NCBI GenBank assembly: GCA_963749705.1
Contig: CAVVNQ010000002.1
Span: forward strand, 128,001 to 192,000
Source of the DNA: an uncultured Chloroflexia bacterium
GTDB taxonomy: Bacteria > Chloroflexota > Limnocylindria > Limnocylindrales > CSP1-4
Direction of reading: 5' to 3'
DNA length: 64,000 nt
The stretch's first letter is position 1, and each line of letters opens with the position of its first letter. The notes below the pieces were generated by a model. It saw only the letters and a list, made by a program, of their open reading frames with translations, had not been told where the DNA came from and made no database searches. The position numbers and the translations under genes are program-made. Positions 1 to 9,326 of this stretch are shown here, in pieces.

Positions 1-597
1 AAGAGCATCGTCGACCTGGTGAGCGCGCCGTCGATGGACACGGACCTGGTCCGCAAGATCGTCCAGACGCACGAATCCGGCGTGGACCTCCTGCTCGCGC
101 CGCCGTCGCCGGAGTCGGCCGACCTCGTCAGCGCCCAGCACATGCACCAGATCATGGAGCTGCTGCGCGAGATGTACGACTACGTGGTCGTGGACATCGA
201 CAAGCGGCTCGACGACATGAACCTGATGGTCCTCGACATCGCGGACACCATCTTCGCCGTCATGACCGCGGACCTCTCGTGCCTCAAGAACGTCCGGCTG
301 GTGCTCGAGACGATCGGCCACCTGGGCTACGAGCAGGGCAAGCTCAAGCTGGTCCTCAACCGCTCCAACGCGTTCACCGGGATCAACGTGAAGAGCGCCG
401 AGGGTGCGCTCAAGCGCCCGATCGAGTTCCAGATCGTCAACGAGTACCGGGGCGCGATCTCCGCGCTCAACACCGGCGCCCCGTTCATGGCCGAGAAGGC
501 CGACTCGATCCTGGGCCGGTCCGTGCTGGACTTCGCCCGCGCGGTCGACAAGCCGGACGGATCGCTCCCGCAGCTGGCGCCCGTCGCCGGCCGCTGA
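1..597 (+). CDS. CpaE/TadZ-like pilus-assembly ParA/MinD-family ATPase, C-terminal part (5' truncated by window)
   Basis: Frame open from base 1. Motifs HESGVDLLLAP, YDYVVVD, LVLNR and 'AISALNTGAPF' are typical of the CpaE C-terminal region. Confidence 0.75.
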   Translation, partial: KSIVDLVSAPSMDTDLVRKIVQTHESGVDLLLAPPSPESADLVSAQHMHQIMELLREMYDYVVVDIDKRLDDMNLMVLDIADTIFAVMTADLSCLKNVRLVLETIGHLGYEQGKLKLVLNRSNAFTGINVKSAEGALKRPIEFQIVNEYRGAISALNTGAPFMAEKADSILGRSVLDFARAVDKPDGSLPQLAPVAGR

Positions 598-669
598 CGC
601 GCTCCTCGGGCAACGCCGGCGGGATGCCGGGTAAGCCCGAGGTGAGCCGGCGGCCGTACCGTGCGGTTC

Positions 670-2241
670 GTGCTTGCCACCCTCCTGTCCGCGACGCTCC
701 ACGGGATCACGGGCCGCGTCGTGCGGGTCGAGGTCGATGTCGCGCCCGGGCTGCCCGGGTTCACGATCGTCGGCCTCCCGGACGCCGCGCTCTCGGAGGC
801 GCGTGAGCGGGTCCGCGGTGCGCTCCGGAACGCCGGCTTCCACCACCCGCCACGCCGGATCACCGTCAACCTCGCCCCGGCAGAGCTGCGCAAGGCTGGC
901 GCGTCGCTGGACGTGGCGATTGCGCTGGGCATCCTCCTCGGCTCGGAGCAGCTGCGAGCGGACCCGGGTCGCGTGGGCCTCATCGGGGAGCTCGGCCTGG
1001 GCGGGGACGTGCGGCCGGTCCCGGGAATCCTGGCGATGTGCCTCGCGCTGGCGCGGCAGGGCGTCGCTCGCGTGGTCGTTCCCGTTGATGCGGCCGCCGA
1101 GGCCCGACTCGCGCCGGGGATCGAGCCCGTGGAGGTGGCGACCATCGCGGACGCCGCGGCCGCGATCCGCGGACGGCGCTCGCGCCGCCCGGTTCCGGGC
1201 CCGCTGCCGCGAACCGGGGTGCCCTCGAGCCTCCAGGCCGTGCCCGAGCCACGCCCGGTCGCATCCCCACCGTATCCGCCTGTGGACCTCGCGGACGTCC
1301 GGGGCCAGGCGGCCGCCCGCCGGGCGCTCGAGATCGCGCTGGCCGGCGGTCATGCGCTCCTGCTGATGGGGCCGCCCGGGTCGGGCAAGACGCTGCTCGC
1401 CCGGACGATCCCCGGGCTGCTGCCGGACCTCGGGCCCGAGGCGGCGCTGTCGGCAACGGTGATCGCTTCGGTGGCCGCGGCCCAGCCGCTCGCCTCGCTC
1501 GTCCGCCGGCCGCCGGTCAGGATGCCCCACCACACGATCTCGTACGCCGGAATGGTCGGTGGCGGCCCCCGGCTGTCGCCGGGCGAAGTGACCTTGGCGG
1601 ACCAGGGAGTCCTGTTCTGCGACGAGCTCGCCGAGTTCGGGCGCGACGTCCTTGAGGCGCTGCGCCAGCCGCTCGAGGACGGGAGCATCAGCGTCGTCCG
1701 CGTCGGTCGCGCCGAGACGTTCCCGGCGCGGTTCACGTTCGTGGCGGCGATGAACCCGTGTCCGTGCGGCCAGTCCGGGGCGGCCGATCGGGCGTGCTCC
1801 TGCCCGCCCGGAGTCCCGGAGCGCTACCTGCGCCGGGTCTCAGGTCCGCTGCGCGATCGGATCGACCTGTGGGTGACCGTGAACCGCGTCCCGCCCGCGG
1901 CCCTGATCGGCACGTCTGCGCCCGAGCCGTCGGCGATCGTGGCGAGGCGAATCTCCGCCGCCCGAGAGCGCCAGCGAGCGCGCACCGGGGAGCGGACGAA
2001 TGCCACGATCCGCGGCCGCGCGCTGCAGGCCGTGTGCGCGCTGGATCGGACCGCGAGGTCGCGGGCAGTGCGCCTGGCGGAGCTCGAGGGCCTGTCGGGC
2101 CGGGGGACCGAGCGGCTGCTCCGGGTCGCGCGGACGATCGCCGATCTCGAGGGAGCTGCGACCGTGGCGTCCGGCCATCTCGACGAGGCCGCGAGGTTCC
2201 GATCGCCCGTGGATCGACTCGCGATGCGGCTGGCCGGGTGA
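670..2241 (+). CDS. comM: ComM/YifB Mg-chelatase-like AAA+ helicase
   Basis: VGLPDAA..E..ERVR, TVNLAPA, Walker A GPPGSGKT, PHHT, AAMNPCPCG, SGPLRDRID. Overlaps dprA (TGATG). GTG 670 chosen because it lies 7 nt after TACCGT. Confidence 0.93.
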   Translation: MLATLLSATLHGITGRVVRVEVDVAPGLPGFTIVGLPDAALSEARERVRGALRNAGFHHPPRRITVNLAPAELRKAGASLDVAIALGILLGSEQLRADPGRVGLIGELGLGGDVRPVPGILAMCLALARQGVARVVVPVDAAAEARLAPGIEPVEVATIADAAAAIRGRRSRRPVPGPLPRTGVPSSLQAVPEPRPVASPPYPPVDLADVRGQAAARRALEIALAGGHALLLMGPPGSGKTLLARTIPGLLPDLGPEAALSATVIASVAAAQPLASLVRRPPVRMPHHTISYAGMVGGGPRLSPGEVTLADQGVLFCDELAEFGRDVLEALRQPLEDGSISVVRVGRAETFPARFTFVAAMNPCPCGQSGAADRACSCPPGVPERYLRRVSGPLRDRIDLWVTVNRVPPAALIGTSAPEPSAIVARRISAARERQRARTGERTNATIRGRALQAVCALDRTARSRAVRLAELEGLSGRGTERLLRVARTIADLEGAATVASGHLDEAARFRSPVDRLAMRLAG

Positions 2242-3605
2242 TGCTCGGCATCGGGCGAGGCGGTCCGCTCGGTGATGCGGATCCCGCGGGCGGCGCAGCG
2301 CCCGCGACCGCGGCCGGCGATGCGGCGACGGTCGGCGACGCGACGGACGCAGCGCCCGCGACGATCGACGATGTCGAACGCGACGCGTGGGTCGTGCTCG
2401 CCGGTGTCCATGGCGTCGGTCCGGTCTCGTTCGAGCGACTCGTGGGCACCTTCGGCAGCGTCGCGACCGCGTTCACGGTCGCGCGGACCCGGGGGGCGGT
2501 GCCGCGGCTGGTCGCGGCATCGTGTGGGCCCGGTGGCGAGTCCCCGACGCTCACCACCGAGGCGGCGAGGGGCATCGTGGCCGCGGCGGGGGAGATCGAC
2601 CGCCGGCTCGCCGTGGTGCGCGCGTCGGGCGTCACCATCGTCACGCTGGCCGACGAGACGTATCCGAGGCGTCTGCGCCGGATCGACCTGCCGCCGCCCG
2701 TGCTGTTCGTCCGCGGCGATGTCGCGGCGCTGGATCGGGCACGAGCGGTGGCCGTGGTCGGGACGCGACGGCCCACCGAGGCCGGACGGGCGCTCGCGGG
2801 ACAGATCGCCGACGCCGTCGCCGGCCTCGGTGCCACGGTGATCTCGGGGCTGGCCGTCGGGATCGACGCCGCCGCCCACGAGGCCGCCGTCCGTGGCCGG
2901 CGACCCACCGTCGCGGTGATCGGCGGTGGCCACGACCACCTCTACCCGGCCGCGAACCGCGGCCTCGCCGCCTCGATCGTCCGGGGCGGCGGCGTGGTCG
3001 TCAGCGAGTTCGCACCCGACACGGAGCCGAGTCGCGGCACGTTCCCGCGACGAAACCGGATCATCAGCGGGCTGGCGGACGCGACGGTCGTGGTCGAGGC
3101 GGGGTCGCGGAGCGGCGCGCTGACCACGGCCGCCTGGGCGCTCGAGCAGGGCCGCGGCCTGCACCTCGTGCCCGGCCGGGTCGGTGACCCGACGGTGGCC
3201 GGTTGCCTGGCGTTCCTGCGCGAGGCAGCGCCGGAGGCCCGGATCGTCGCGGGCGTGGCCGAGCTGATCGAGGACCTCGGCCTGCTCCAGCCGCACGCGG
3301 CGACGCACGGGACCGGCACCACCGGTCAGCAGCTGACGACGGACGCCCTGCTCGCCGCTCTCGGGCCGGCGGAACGCGCGCTCGCCGCAGCGCTGGCCGG
3401 CGGCAGCGCCTCGGTCGACGAGCTGATGGTCGCCACCGGGAGCCCTGGAGCCGCGGTGCTCGGGGCGCTGACATCGCTCGAGCTTCGCGGCCTCGTGTTC
3501 GAGGCATTCGGCCGCTACCGCGCGGCCGGCCAGCTGGCACCCGGGCGGAGCGACGGCGCAAAGGCGCGCGTTCGGCGCGGGGCGGGCGTACATCGCGCGG
3601 CGTGA
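2241..3605 (+). CDS. dprA: DNA-processing protein DprA/Smf
   Basis: YP..L..I..PP.VLF..G, AVVGTR, ISGLA.GID..AH, FPRRNRIISGL, VVEAG.RSGAL.TA, C-terminal winged helix (LTSLELRG). Confidence 0.95.
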   Translation: MLGIGRGGPLGDADPAGGAAPATAAGDAATVGDATDAAPATIDDVERDAWVVLAGVHGVGPVSFERLVGTFGSVATAFTVARTRGAVPRLVAASCGPGGESPTLTTEAARGIVAAAGEIDRRLAVVRASGVTIVTLADETYPRRLRRIDLPPPVLFVRGDVAALDRARAVAVVGTRRPTEAGRALAGQIADAVAGLGATVISGLAVGIDAAAHEAAVRGRRPTVAVIGGGHDHLYPAANRGLAASIVRGGGVVVSEFAPDTEPSRGTFPRRNRIISGLADATVVVEAGSRSGALTTAAWALEQGRGLHLVPGRVGDPTVAGCLAFLREAAPEARIVAGVAELIEDLGLLQPHAATHGTGTTGQQLTTDALLAALGPAERALAAALAGGSASVDELMVATGSPGAAVLGALTSLELRGLVFEAFGRYRAAGQLAPGRSDGAKARVRRGAGVHRAA

Positions 3606-3742
3606 TGCGCGCTTGGCGGCGTCCCACCGTCGATGCTACGCTCCCACCGACCCCGGCCACCCGGGCCCGCGCCAACACTGCCCGCCGGGTGTCGTGGCCG
3701 CGTCCCCGGCTGGAACTGCGGCGGCGACTGGAGGACGACCTA

Positions 3743-5365
3743 TTGCGGAAGCTCGGCGCGCTCGTGCTCGGGATCCCGGTGCTCATCATGGTCTACGTCG
3801 CGTCGCTGCTGCGGCGGGGCGGGATGGCTCGGATCAGCGCCGGACTCGCGGCGGTCGCGGTCATCGGCCTGGTCGTGGTCGCAAGCCTGCCGCCCGCACC
3901 CACCACGGCGATCCCCGCCTCCGGCAAGCCGGCACCCGTCGCCGCGTCGCTGATGGAATCGGTCCGGACCGGGCATGGCCTGAGCTCCCCGTTCGTGGTG
4001 GAGTTCTCGGCGCCGATGGATGCCGCGACGGTCGCGGCGGCCCTGCGGATCGAGCCCGATGCCGCCGTCTCGCTGAGCTGGGACCCGTCGGTCTCCGTGC
4101 TCACGATCACCCCGGTGGACCACTGGCAGCCTGACACCCTGTACTCGGTGACCGTGGATGCCCTCGCGCGCGCCGCCGACGGCGGGGCGCTCAAGGCGCC
4201 GGTGCGAGCGGTCGTCCTGACCGCCGCGGCGGGGAGTGCCAGGATCGAAGCCACCCGTCCCGTCGAGCAGCGCGTGCGGACCGATACGGCGTTCCTGCTG
4301 ACGTTCGATCGCGATGTCTCCGTCGACGCCGTCCGAAGCGCCCTGCGCAGCGACCCCGTCATTCACGGTGATGTGACGGCGACCGACACGCCCGGCGAGC
4401 TGCTGCTCACGCCCTACGGGCCGCTCGCGGCCGACACCACCTACCGGGTCTCGTTTGAGGACCTCCGCGACACGGACGGGATCCCGTTCGGGACGACCCC
4501 CGGCATCGAGGTGACGACGGCGGCAGCACCGCGCGTCGTCCGGTTCCGGCCCAGGAACGGGACCGGCGATGCCGATCGGAGCTCGGTCCTCTCGGTGCGC
4601 TTCACGGAGCCGATGGACCACGCCAAGACGGCCGCGGCCTTCAGCGTGAAGGTGGGCGACAAGGAGGTCGCCGGCAAGGTCTCCTGGGCCGAGGGCGACA
4701 CCGTGCTGGTGTTCGATCCGACCTCAAACCTCGCGTACTCATCCAAGGTGAGCATGACCGTTGACCTGCGTGCGATGTCGCAGGCGGGCGTGCCCATCGG
4801 CAAGGTCGCGACCGCCACGTTCACCGTCGTCGCGAAGCCCAAGCCCAAGCCGGTCGCCACCAAGGCCCCCACGACGACCATCCCAAAGTCGGGCGGCAGT
4901 GGTGCGGTCAGTGGCAGCTGGACCGCCGTCGAGAGCTACTACCTCAAGCTCATGAACTGCACCCGAACCGGCGGCTGGGTGACGTCGACGGGCGCCTGCT
5001 CATCGCCGGGCGGGCGGAACGTGGCAGCCCTCAAGCTCGACGCCGGGATCAGCTCCAAGGTGTCCCGGCCGTACGCGAAGCTGCTCGCCACCCGGGGGCT
5101 GTGCGATCACTTCATCGGCGGCACGCCGGGTGATCGGCTGAAGAAGGCGGGGTACACCAGCTACCACTGGGCCGAGAACCTCGGCTGCCGCTCGGGCGAT
5201 CCGTACGCCGCGGTGCTCGGGTCGCACCTCTTCTTCCAGAATGAGAAGTCGACCAACGGTGGCCACTACGTGAACCTGATGAACGCCGCCTACGATCGGG
5301 TCGGGATCGGCGTCTGGGTGTCCAGCGGCCGGGTCCGGCTGGTGGTGGACTTCTACCACCCCTAG
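3743..5365 (+). CDS. Membrane-anchored protein with tandem Ig-like (Big_5/SbsA-type) domains and a C-terminal CAP/SCP domain
   Basis: Two N-terminal hydrophobic segments, repeated 'F..PMD...V..A' Ig-like units, K/P/T linker, CAP motifs (AENLG, GHYVNLMN..Y..VGIG). TTG start follows a GGAGG SD; alternative start ATG 3605. Confidence 0.8.
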   Translation: MRKLGALVLGIPVLIMVYVASLLRRGGMARISAGLAAVAVIGLVVVASLPPAPTTAIPASGKPAPVAASLMESVRTGHGLSSPFVVEFSAPMDAATVAAALRIEPDAAVSLSWDPSVSVLTITPVDHWQPDTLYSVTVDALARAADGGALKAPVRAVVLTAAAGSARIEATRPVEQRVRTDTAFLLTFDRDVSVDAVRSALRSDPVIHGDVTATDTPGELLLTPYGPLAADTTYRVSFEDLRDTDGIPFGTTPGIEVTTAAAPRVVRFRPRNGTGDADRSSVLSVRFTEPMDHAKTAAAFSVKVGDKEVAGKVSWAEGDTVLVFDPTSNLAYSSKVSMTVDLRAMSQAGVPIGKVATATFTVVAKPKPKPVATKAPTTTIPKSGGSGAVSGSWTAVESYYLKLMNCTRTGGWVTSTGACSSPGGRNVAALKLDAGISSKVSRPYAKLLATRGLCDHFIGGTPGDRLKKAGYTSYHWAENLGCRSGDPYAAVLGSHLFFQNEKSTNGGHYVNLMNAAYDRVGIGVWVSSGRVRLVVDFYHP

Positions 5366-5390
5366 GCGACCCTCCGCGCGGGCAGGGGAC

Positions 5391-5420
5391 CACCCGCCCG
5401 GGGGGACCATCGGGCGGGTG
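5391..5420. terminator. GC hairpin downstream of the CAP gene (possible terminator without a U-tract)
   Basis: CACCCGCCCG-N10-CGGGCGGGTG, a perfect 10-bp stem. Confidence 0.4.
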
Positions 5421-5452
5421 ACGGGCGGCAACGGGCGGGCGACGATGGTTCC

Positions 5453-5854
5453 GTGATCCGCAACGTATGCATCCACGTGAACAACGAGCAGCCGCTGCTC
5501 GCCGACCTGTTCGACCTGCCCGTCTCGACCGACGCCGGGCTGCTGTGCACGAACGTGCGCACCCTGGACGGCAAGCGCCCCGTGTTCATCGACACGATCG
5601 AGGCGACATTCTTCTTCCCGTACCACGTGGTCCGGTTCATCGAGATCCCGGTGGGCGCCCTCGACGGCCGCGCCCCGACCCCAGCCACGGATGCCGGTAA
5701 CGCAGGACCCGATGATGCGGCCCAGGCGCCGATCACCCCGCTCCCCGAGGAGCAGCGCCTGCCCGTCCCCGTCGGAGCAGGATCCGATGCGGACGACGAC
5801 GACGGCGAGCTCGAGATCGACGAGGAATTCCTCCAGCGCATCCGCGACATCTGA
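5453..5854 (+). CDS. Hypothetical protein: small beta-rich N-domain, linker and acidic C-terminal helix
   Basis: Strong coding-like GC3 codon usage. GACGAT lies 6 nt upstream of the GTG. Confidence 0.8.
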   Translation: MIRNVCIHVNNEQPLLADLFDLPVSTDAGLLCTNVRTLDGKRPVFIDTIEATFFFPYHVVRFIEIPVGALDGRAPTPATDAGNAGPDDAAQAPITPLPEEQRLPVPVGAGSDADDDDGELEIDEEFLQRIRDI

Positions 5855-5905
5855 GGACGGCGCCGCAACCGGGACGTAAGGAACCCGGTGCTACACTCGG
5901 CCGCC

Positions 5906-8323
5906 ATGCCCAAGCACCTCGTGATCGTGGAATCGCCCGCCAAGGCGCGGACGATCGAGCGCTACCTCGGCGATGACTACCAGGTCCTCGCGTCGTACGG
6001 GCACGTGCGCGACCTGCCCGAGAACCCCGGCAAGGGGAAGTTCGGGGTCGACGTGGACCACGACTTCGCGCCCGAGTACGAGATCACGGAGGATCGCCGG
6101 AAGCAGGTGTCCGCGATCGAGAAGGCCGCCCGGAGCGCGACGGACGTGTGGCTCGCGACGGACCTCGACCGGGAGGGAGAGGCGATCGCCTGGCACGTGG
6201 CGGAGGCGGCCCACGTGCCCGAGAGCAAGACGCACCGGGTCACCTTCAGCGAGATCACCGAGGGCGCGATCCGCGACGCCTTCGCAAACCCGCGCGGGAT
6301 CGACCACGACCTCGTCGATGCCCAGCAGACGCGCCGGATCGTCGACCGGCTGGTCGGCTACACGCTGAGCCCGCTGCTGTCGCGCAAGGTCCGGGGCGGC
6401 CTGTCCGCGGGGCGGGTCCAGTCGGTCGCCGTCCGGCTCGTCGTCGAGCGCGAGCGCGAGATCCGCGCGTTCACCGCCCGCGAGTACTGGACGCTGGAGG
6501 CGCTGCTGAGCACCGCGGCCGGGGACGGGTTCACGGCGGACGTGGTCCGGATCGACGGCAAGGCCGTCGACGTGGGCGATGGCGAGACCGCGGCGGGTCA
6601 CGCGGCGGCGCTCCGGGACCAGCGACCGGTGGTGGAATCGGTGGCCACGCGGCCGTCGAAGCGCAACCCGGCCCCGCCGTTCACCACCAGCACGCTCCAG
6701 CAGGAGGCGAGCCGCAAGCTCGGCTTCAGCCCCAAGCGCACGATGTCGATCGCGCAGCGACTGTACGAGGGCGCGGACACGCCCGACGGGCACGTCGGCC
6801 TGATCACGTACATGCGGACCAATTCGACGGCGATCGCCACGGTCGCCATGGCCGAGGCGCAGCAGGTCATCGTCGACCGGTTCGGGGAGCGCTACGGCAC
6901 CGGCAAGGGTCGCGTGTACAAGACGAAGCAGAAGGGCGCCCAGGAGGCGCACGAGTCGATCCGCCCCACGTCGTTCCTGCGCGACCCGGAGTCGATGCAG
7001 GGTCACCTCAAGCCCGAGGAGCACCGGCTGTACCGCCTGATCTGGCAGCGCGCGATCGCGTCCCAGATGGCGCCCAAGCAGCTGGAGACGACGACGGCCG
7101 AGCTCACGGCCGGAAGCTACCGGCTTCGCGCATCGGCGACGCGCACCGTGTTCGACGGGTTTGCGCGCGTCTACACCGAGGGCCAGGACGACGCCCCGGA
7201 GGAAGCGGAGCGCACGCTGCCGCCGCTGGCCGCGGGCGACGTGACCACGGTCGAGACGGTCACCCCGACGCAGCATTTCACCGAGCCGCCGCCGCGGTTC
7301 ACCGAGGCGACGCTGATCAAGGCGCTCGAGGAGCACGGGATCGGGCGTCCGTCCACGTACGCCGCCACGATCTCGACGATCCTCGACCGCGGCTACGTGC
7401 GGGTCGAGGAGCGCCGGCTCCGCCCGGAGGAGATCGGCGAGATCGTGACCGACTTCCTGGTCCAGCATTTCGGCCGCTACGTGGACCTCGCCTTCACCGC
7501 CCGGATGGAGCTGGAGCTGGACGAGGTCGCCGGTGGCCAGCGGGCGTGGGTCCCCCTCCTGCGCGAGTTCTTCGGGCCCCTCAAGGACCGCGTGGACGAG
7601 GTGCGCAAGACCGTCAAGCGAAGCGACGTCACCACCGAAGCCAGCGACGAGGTCTGCTCCGAGGGTCATCCGATGGTGATCCGCCTGGGGCGCAACGGGA
7701 AGTTCCTGGCCTGCTCGACCTACCCGGACCACAAGGAGACCCGGCCGCTGCCGGGCGACGAGGCCCCGGTGCTGGAGGGCGATGGCGAGCCCTGCCCGCA
7801 GTGCGGCGAGGGGGTGCTCACCACCAAGCGCGGCCGGTTCGGCGCCTTCGTCGGTTGCTCCCGGTATCCCACCTGCACCTACATCCGGCGCGACGGCCCG
7901 CCACCGCCGGATCCGCTCCCGTTCGAGGTCGTGTGCCCCAAGAATGGCGACGGCACACTGGTCGCCCGTCGCGCGCGACGAACCGGCAATGTGTTCTGGG
8001 GATGCTCCAAGTACCCTCGATGCGACTTCACCACCAACTTCGAGCCCACGGGGGCCATCCACGATGCGCACGACGACGGCAAGGGGGCGGTTGCCCGCAA
8101 GGGCGACACGGGCCTGTGCCTGACCTGCGGCGCGACGGTCCCGCTCCCGGACGGGCCGCTGGCCGGCCTGCGGCTGCCGGGTGGTCCACCGGATCCCGCC
8201 GCGCTCCAGCGGCCGGCCAGGGGTGGCGCCCGGCGGGGTGGGGCCCGGGCCGGTGCCCGGGCGGGGCGCGGCTCGTCGTCGTCCGCTCGGTCGGGGGCCG
8301 GAGCTCGGCGAAGCGGGGATTGA
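5906..8323 (+). CDS. topA: DNA topoisomerase I (type IA) with C-terminal zinc ribbons
   Basis: [39 protein letters not shown](N)[20 protein letters not shown], several Cys-rich ribbons. Confidence 0.98.
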   Translation: MPKHLVIVESPAKARTIERYLGDDYQVLASYGHVRDLPENPGKGKFGVDVDHDFAPEYEITEDRRKQVSAIEKAARSATDVWLATDLDREGEAIAWHVAEAAHVPESKTHRVTFSEITEGAIRDAFANPRGIDHDLVDAQQTRRIVDRLVGYTLSPLLSRKVRGGLSAGRVQSVAVRLVVEREREIRAFTAREYWTLEALLSTAAGDGFTADVVRIDGKAVDVGDGETAAGHAAALRDQRPVVESVATRPSKRNPAPPFTTSTLQQEASRKLGFSPKRTMSIAQRLYEGADTPDGHVGLITYMRTNSTAIATVAMAEAQQVIVDRFGERYGTGKGRVYKTKQKGAQEAHESIRPTSFLRDPESMQGHLKPEEHRLYRLIWQRAIASQMAPKQLETTTAELTAGSYRLRASATRTVFDGFARVYTEGQDDAPEEAERTLPPLAAGDVTTVETVTPTQHFTEPPPRFTEATLIKALEEHGIGRPSTYAATISTILDRGYVRVEERRLRPEEIGEIVTDFLVQHFGRYVDLAFTARMELELDEVAGGQRAWVPLLREFFGPLKDRVDEVRKTVKRSDVTTEASDEVCSEGHPMVIRLGRNGKFLACSTYPDHKETRPLPGDEAPVLEGDGEPCPQCGEGVLTTKRGRFGAFVGCSRYPTCTYIRRDGPPPPDPLPFEVVCPKNGDGTLVARRARRTGNVFWGCSKYPRCDFTTNFEPTGAIHDAHDDGKGAVARKGDTGLCLTCGATVPLPDGPLAGLRLPGGPPDPAALQRPARGGARRGGARAGARAGRGSSSSARSGAGARRSGD

Positions 8324-8339
8324 CCCTCGGAGCGGCCGC

Positions 8340-9326
8340 GTGACGGGGAGCGAGGCGCTCCGGCGGTTCCTGCGCTCGATGGACGCGCGTGACACGTCGC
8401 CCAACACCCATCGCTCGTACGAGACATCGATCGCCGCCTACCTCGAGTGGCTCGAGACGCGTGGGGAAGACTGGCGGGCGCCGTCGCGGGCGATCCTTCG
8501 GGCATATCTGACCGAGCTGACGGACGGCCACGCAAAGAGCACGGTCGCCCAGCGAATGGCGGCGCTCCGCGCGTTCCACCGGTACGCCGCGAGAGCCGGC
8601 ATCGCGCCCGGCGACCCGTGGGGCGCGATCTCCACGCCGCGCCTCCCGCGGCGGCTGCCGAAGGTGCTCGAGGTGGAGCAGGTGGAGCGGCTGATCGCGG
8701 TCGTCGACGCGGACCTGGACGCGGCGGCCACCACCGTCGCGCACGGTCCGCGGGATGCCGCGCTGGTCCGGGCACTCGCCCTCCGGGACCTCGCCCTGAT
8801 CGAGACGGCGTATGCGGCCGGCCTGCGGATCAGCGAGCTGGCGGCCGCCGACCTGGGCAACCTCGACCTGCGACGGGGCGAGCTGCGGGTGCTCGGCAAG
8901 GGGCGCAAGGAGCGGATCGGGCTCCTGGGCCGGCCCGCGCGCGAGGCGCTCGCCGCGTACCTCGACACGGGACGCCCGGTCCTCGCGGCGCGCCACGCCG
9001 GCCACGCCGGGCAGCCCGCCGACCGCACCGAAGGTCCGTCCACGGCGGTGTTCCTCAACCACCATGGCGACCGGCTCGGGGTGCGCGGCCTGCGATCCCG
9101 GCTGGACCGGCTGCGCCGCCTGGCCGGTCTGCCCGCCGGGATCACGCCGCACACCCTCCGTCACAGCTTCGCCACGCACCTGCTCGAGGGCGGCGCAGAC
9201 CTGCGGGTCGTCCAGGAGCTGCTGGGCCACGAGAGCCTGGCGACCACCCAGGTCTATACCCACGTGTCGCCGTCGCGGCTGCGCGACGCCTACCGCATGG
9301 CCCACCCGCGGGCAAGATCCGGCTGA
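8340..9326 (+). CDS. xerC: Tyrosine recombinase, XerC-like
   Basis: [33 protein letters not shown]. Sits in the usual topA-xerC context. Confidence 0.88.
   Translation: MTGSEALRRFLRSMDARDTSPNTHRSYETSIAAYLEWLETRGEDWRAPSRAILRAYLTELTDGHAKSTVAQRMAALRAFHRYAARAGIAPGDPWGAISTPRLPRRLPKVLEVEQVERLIAVVDADLDAAATTVAHGPRDAALVRALALRDLALIETAYAAGLRISELAAADLGNLDLRRGELRVLGKGRKERIGLLGRPAREALAAYLDTGRPVLAARHAGHAGQPADRTEGPSTAVFLNHHGDRLGVRGLRSRLDRLRRLAGLPAGITPHTLRHSFATHLLEGGADLRVVQELLGHESLATTQVYTHVSPSRLRDAYRMAHPRARSG

Noticed and set aside
670-2241. Magnesium chelatase or photosynthesis gene
   Set aside because: The Lon-like N-domain, the Cys motif and coupling to dprA identify it as ComM/YifB.
8340-9326. Tyrosine recombinases (also 49832-50785) as mobile-element integrases
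   Set aside because: Their sequence and context (topA-xerC; recN-xerD-scpAB) fit the housekeeping XerC/XerD pair.
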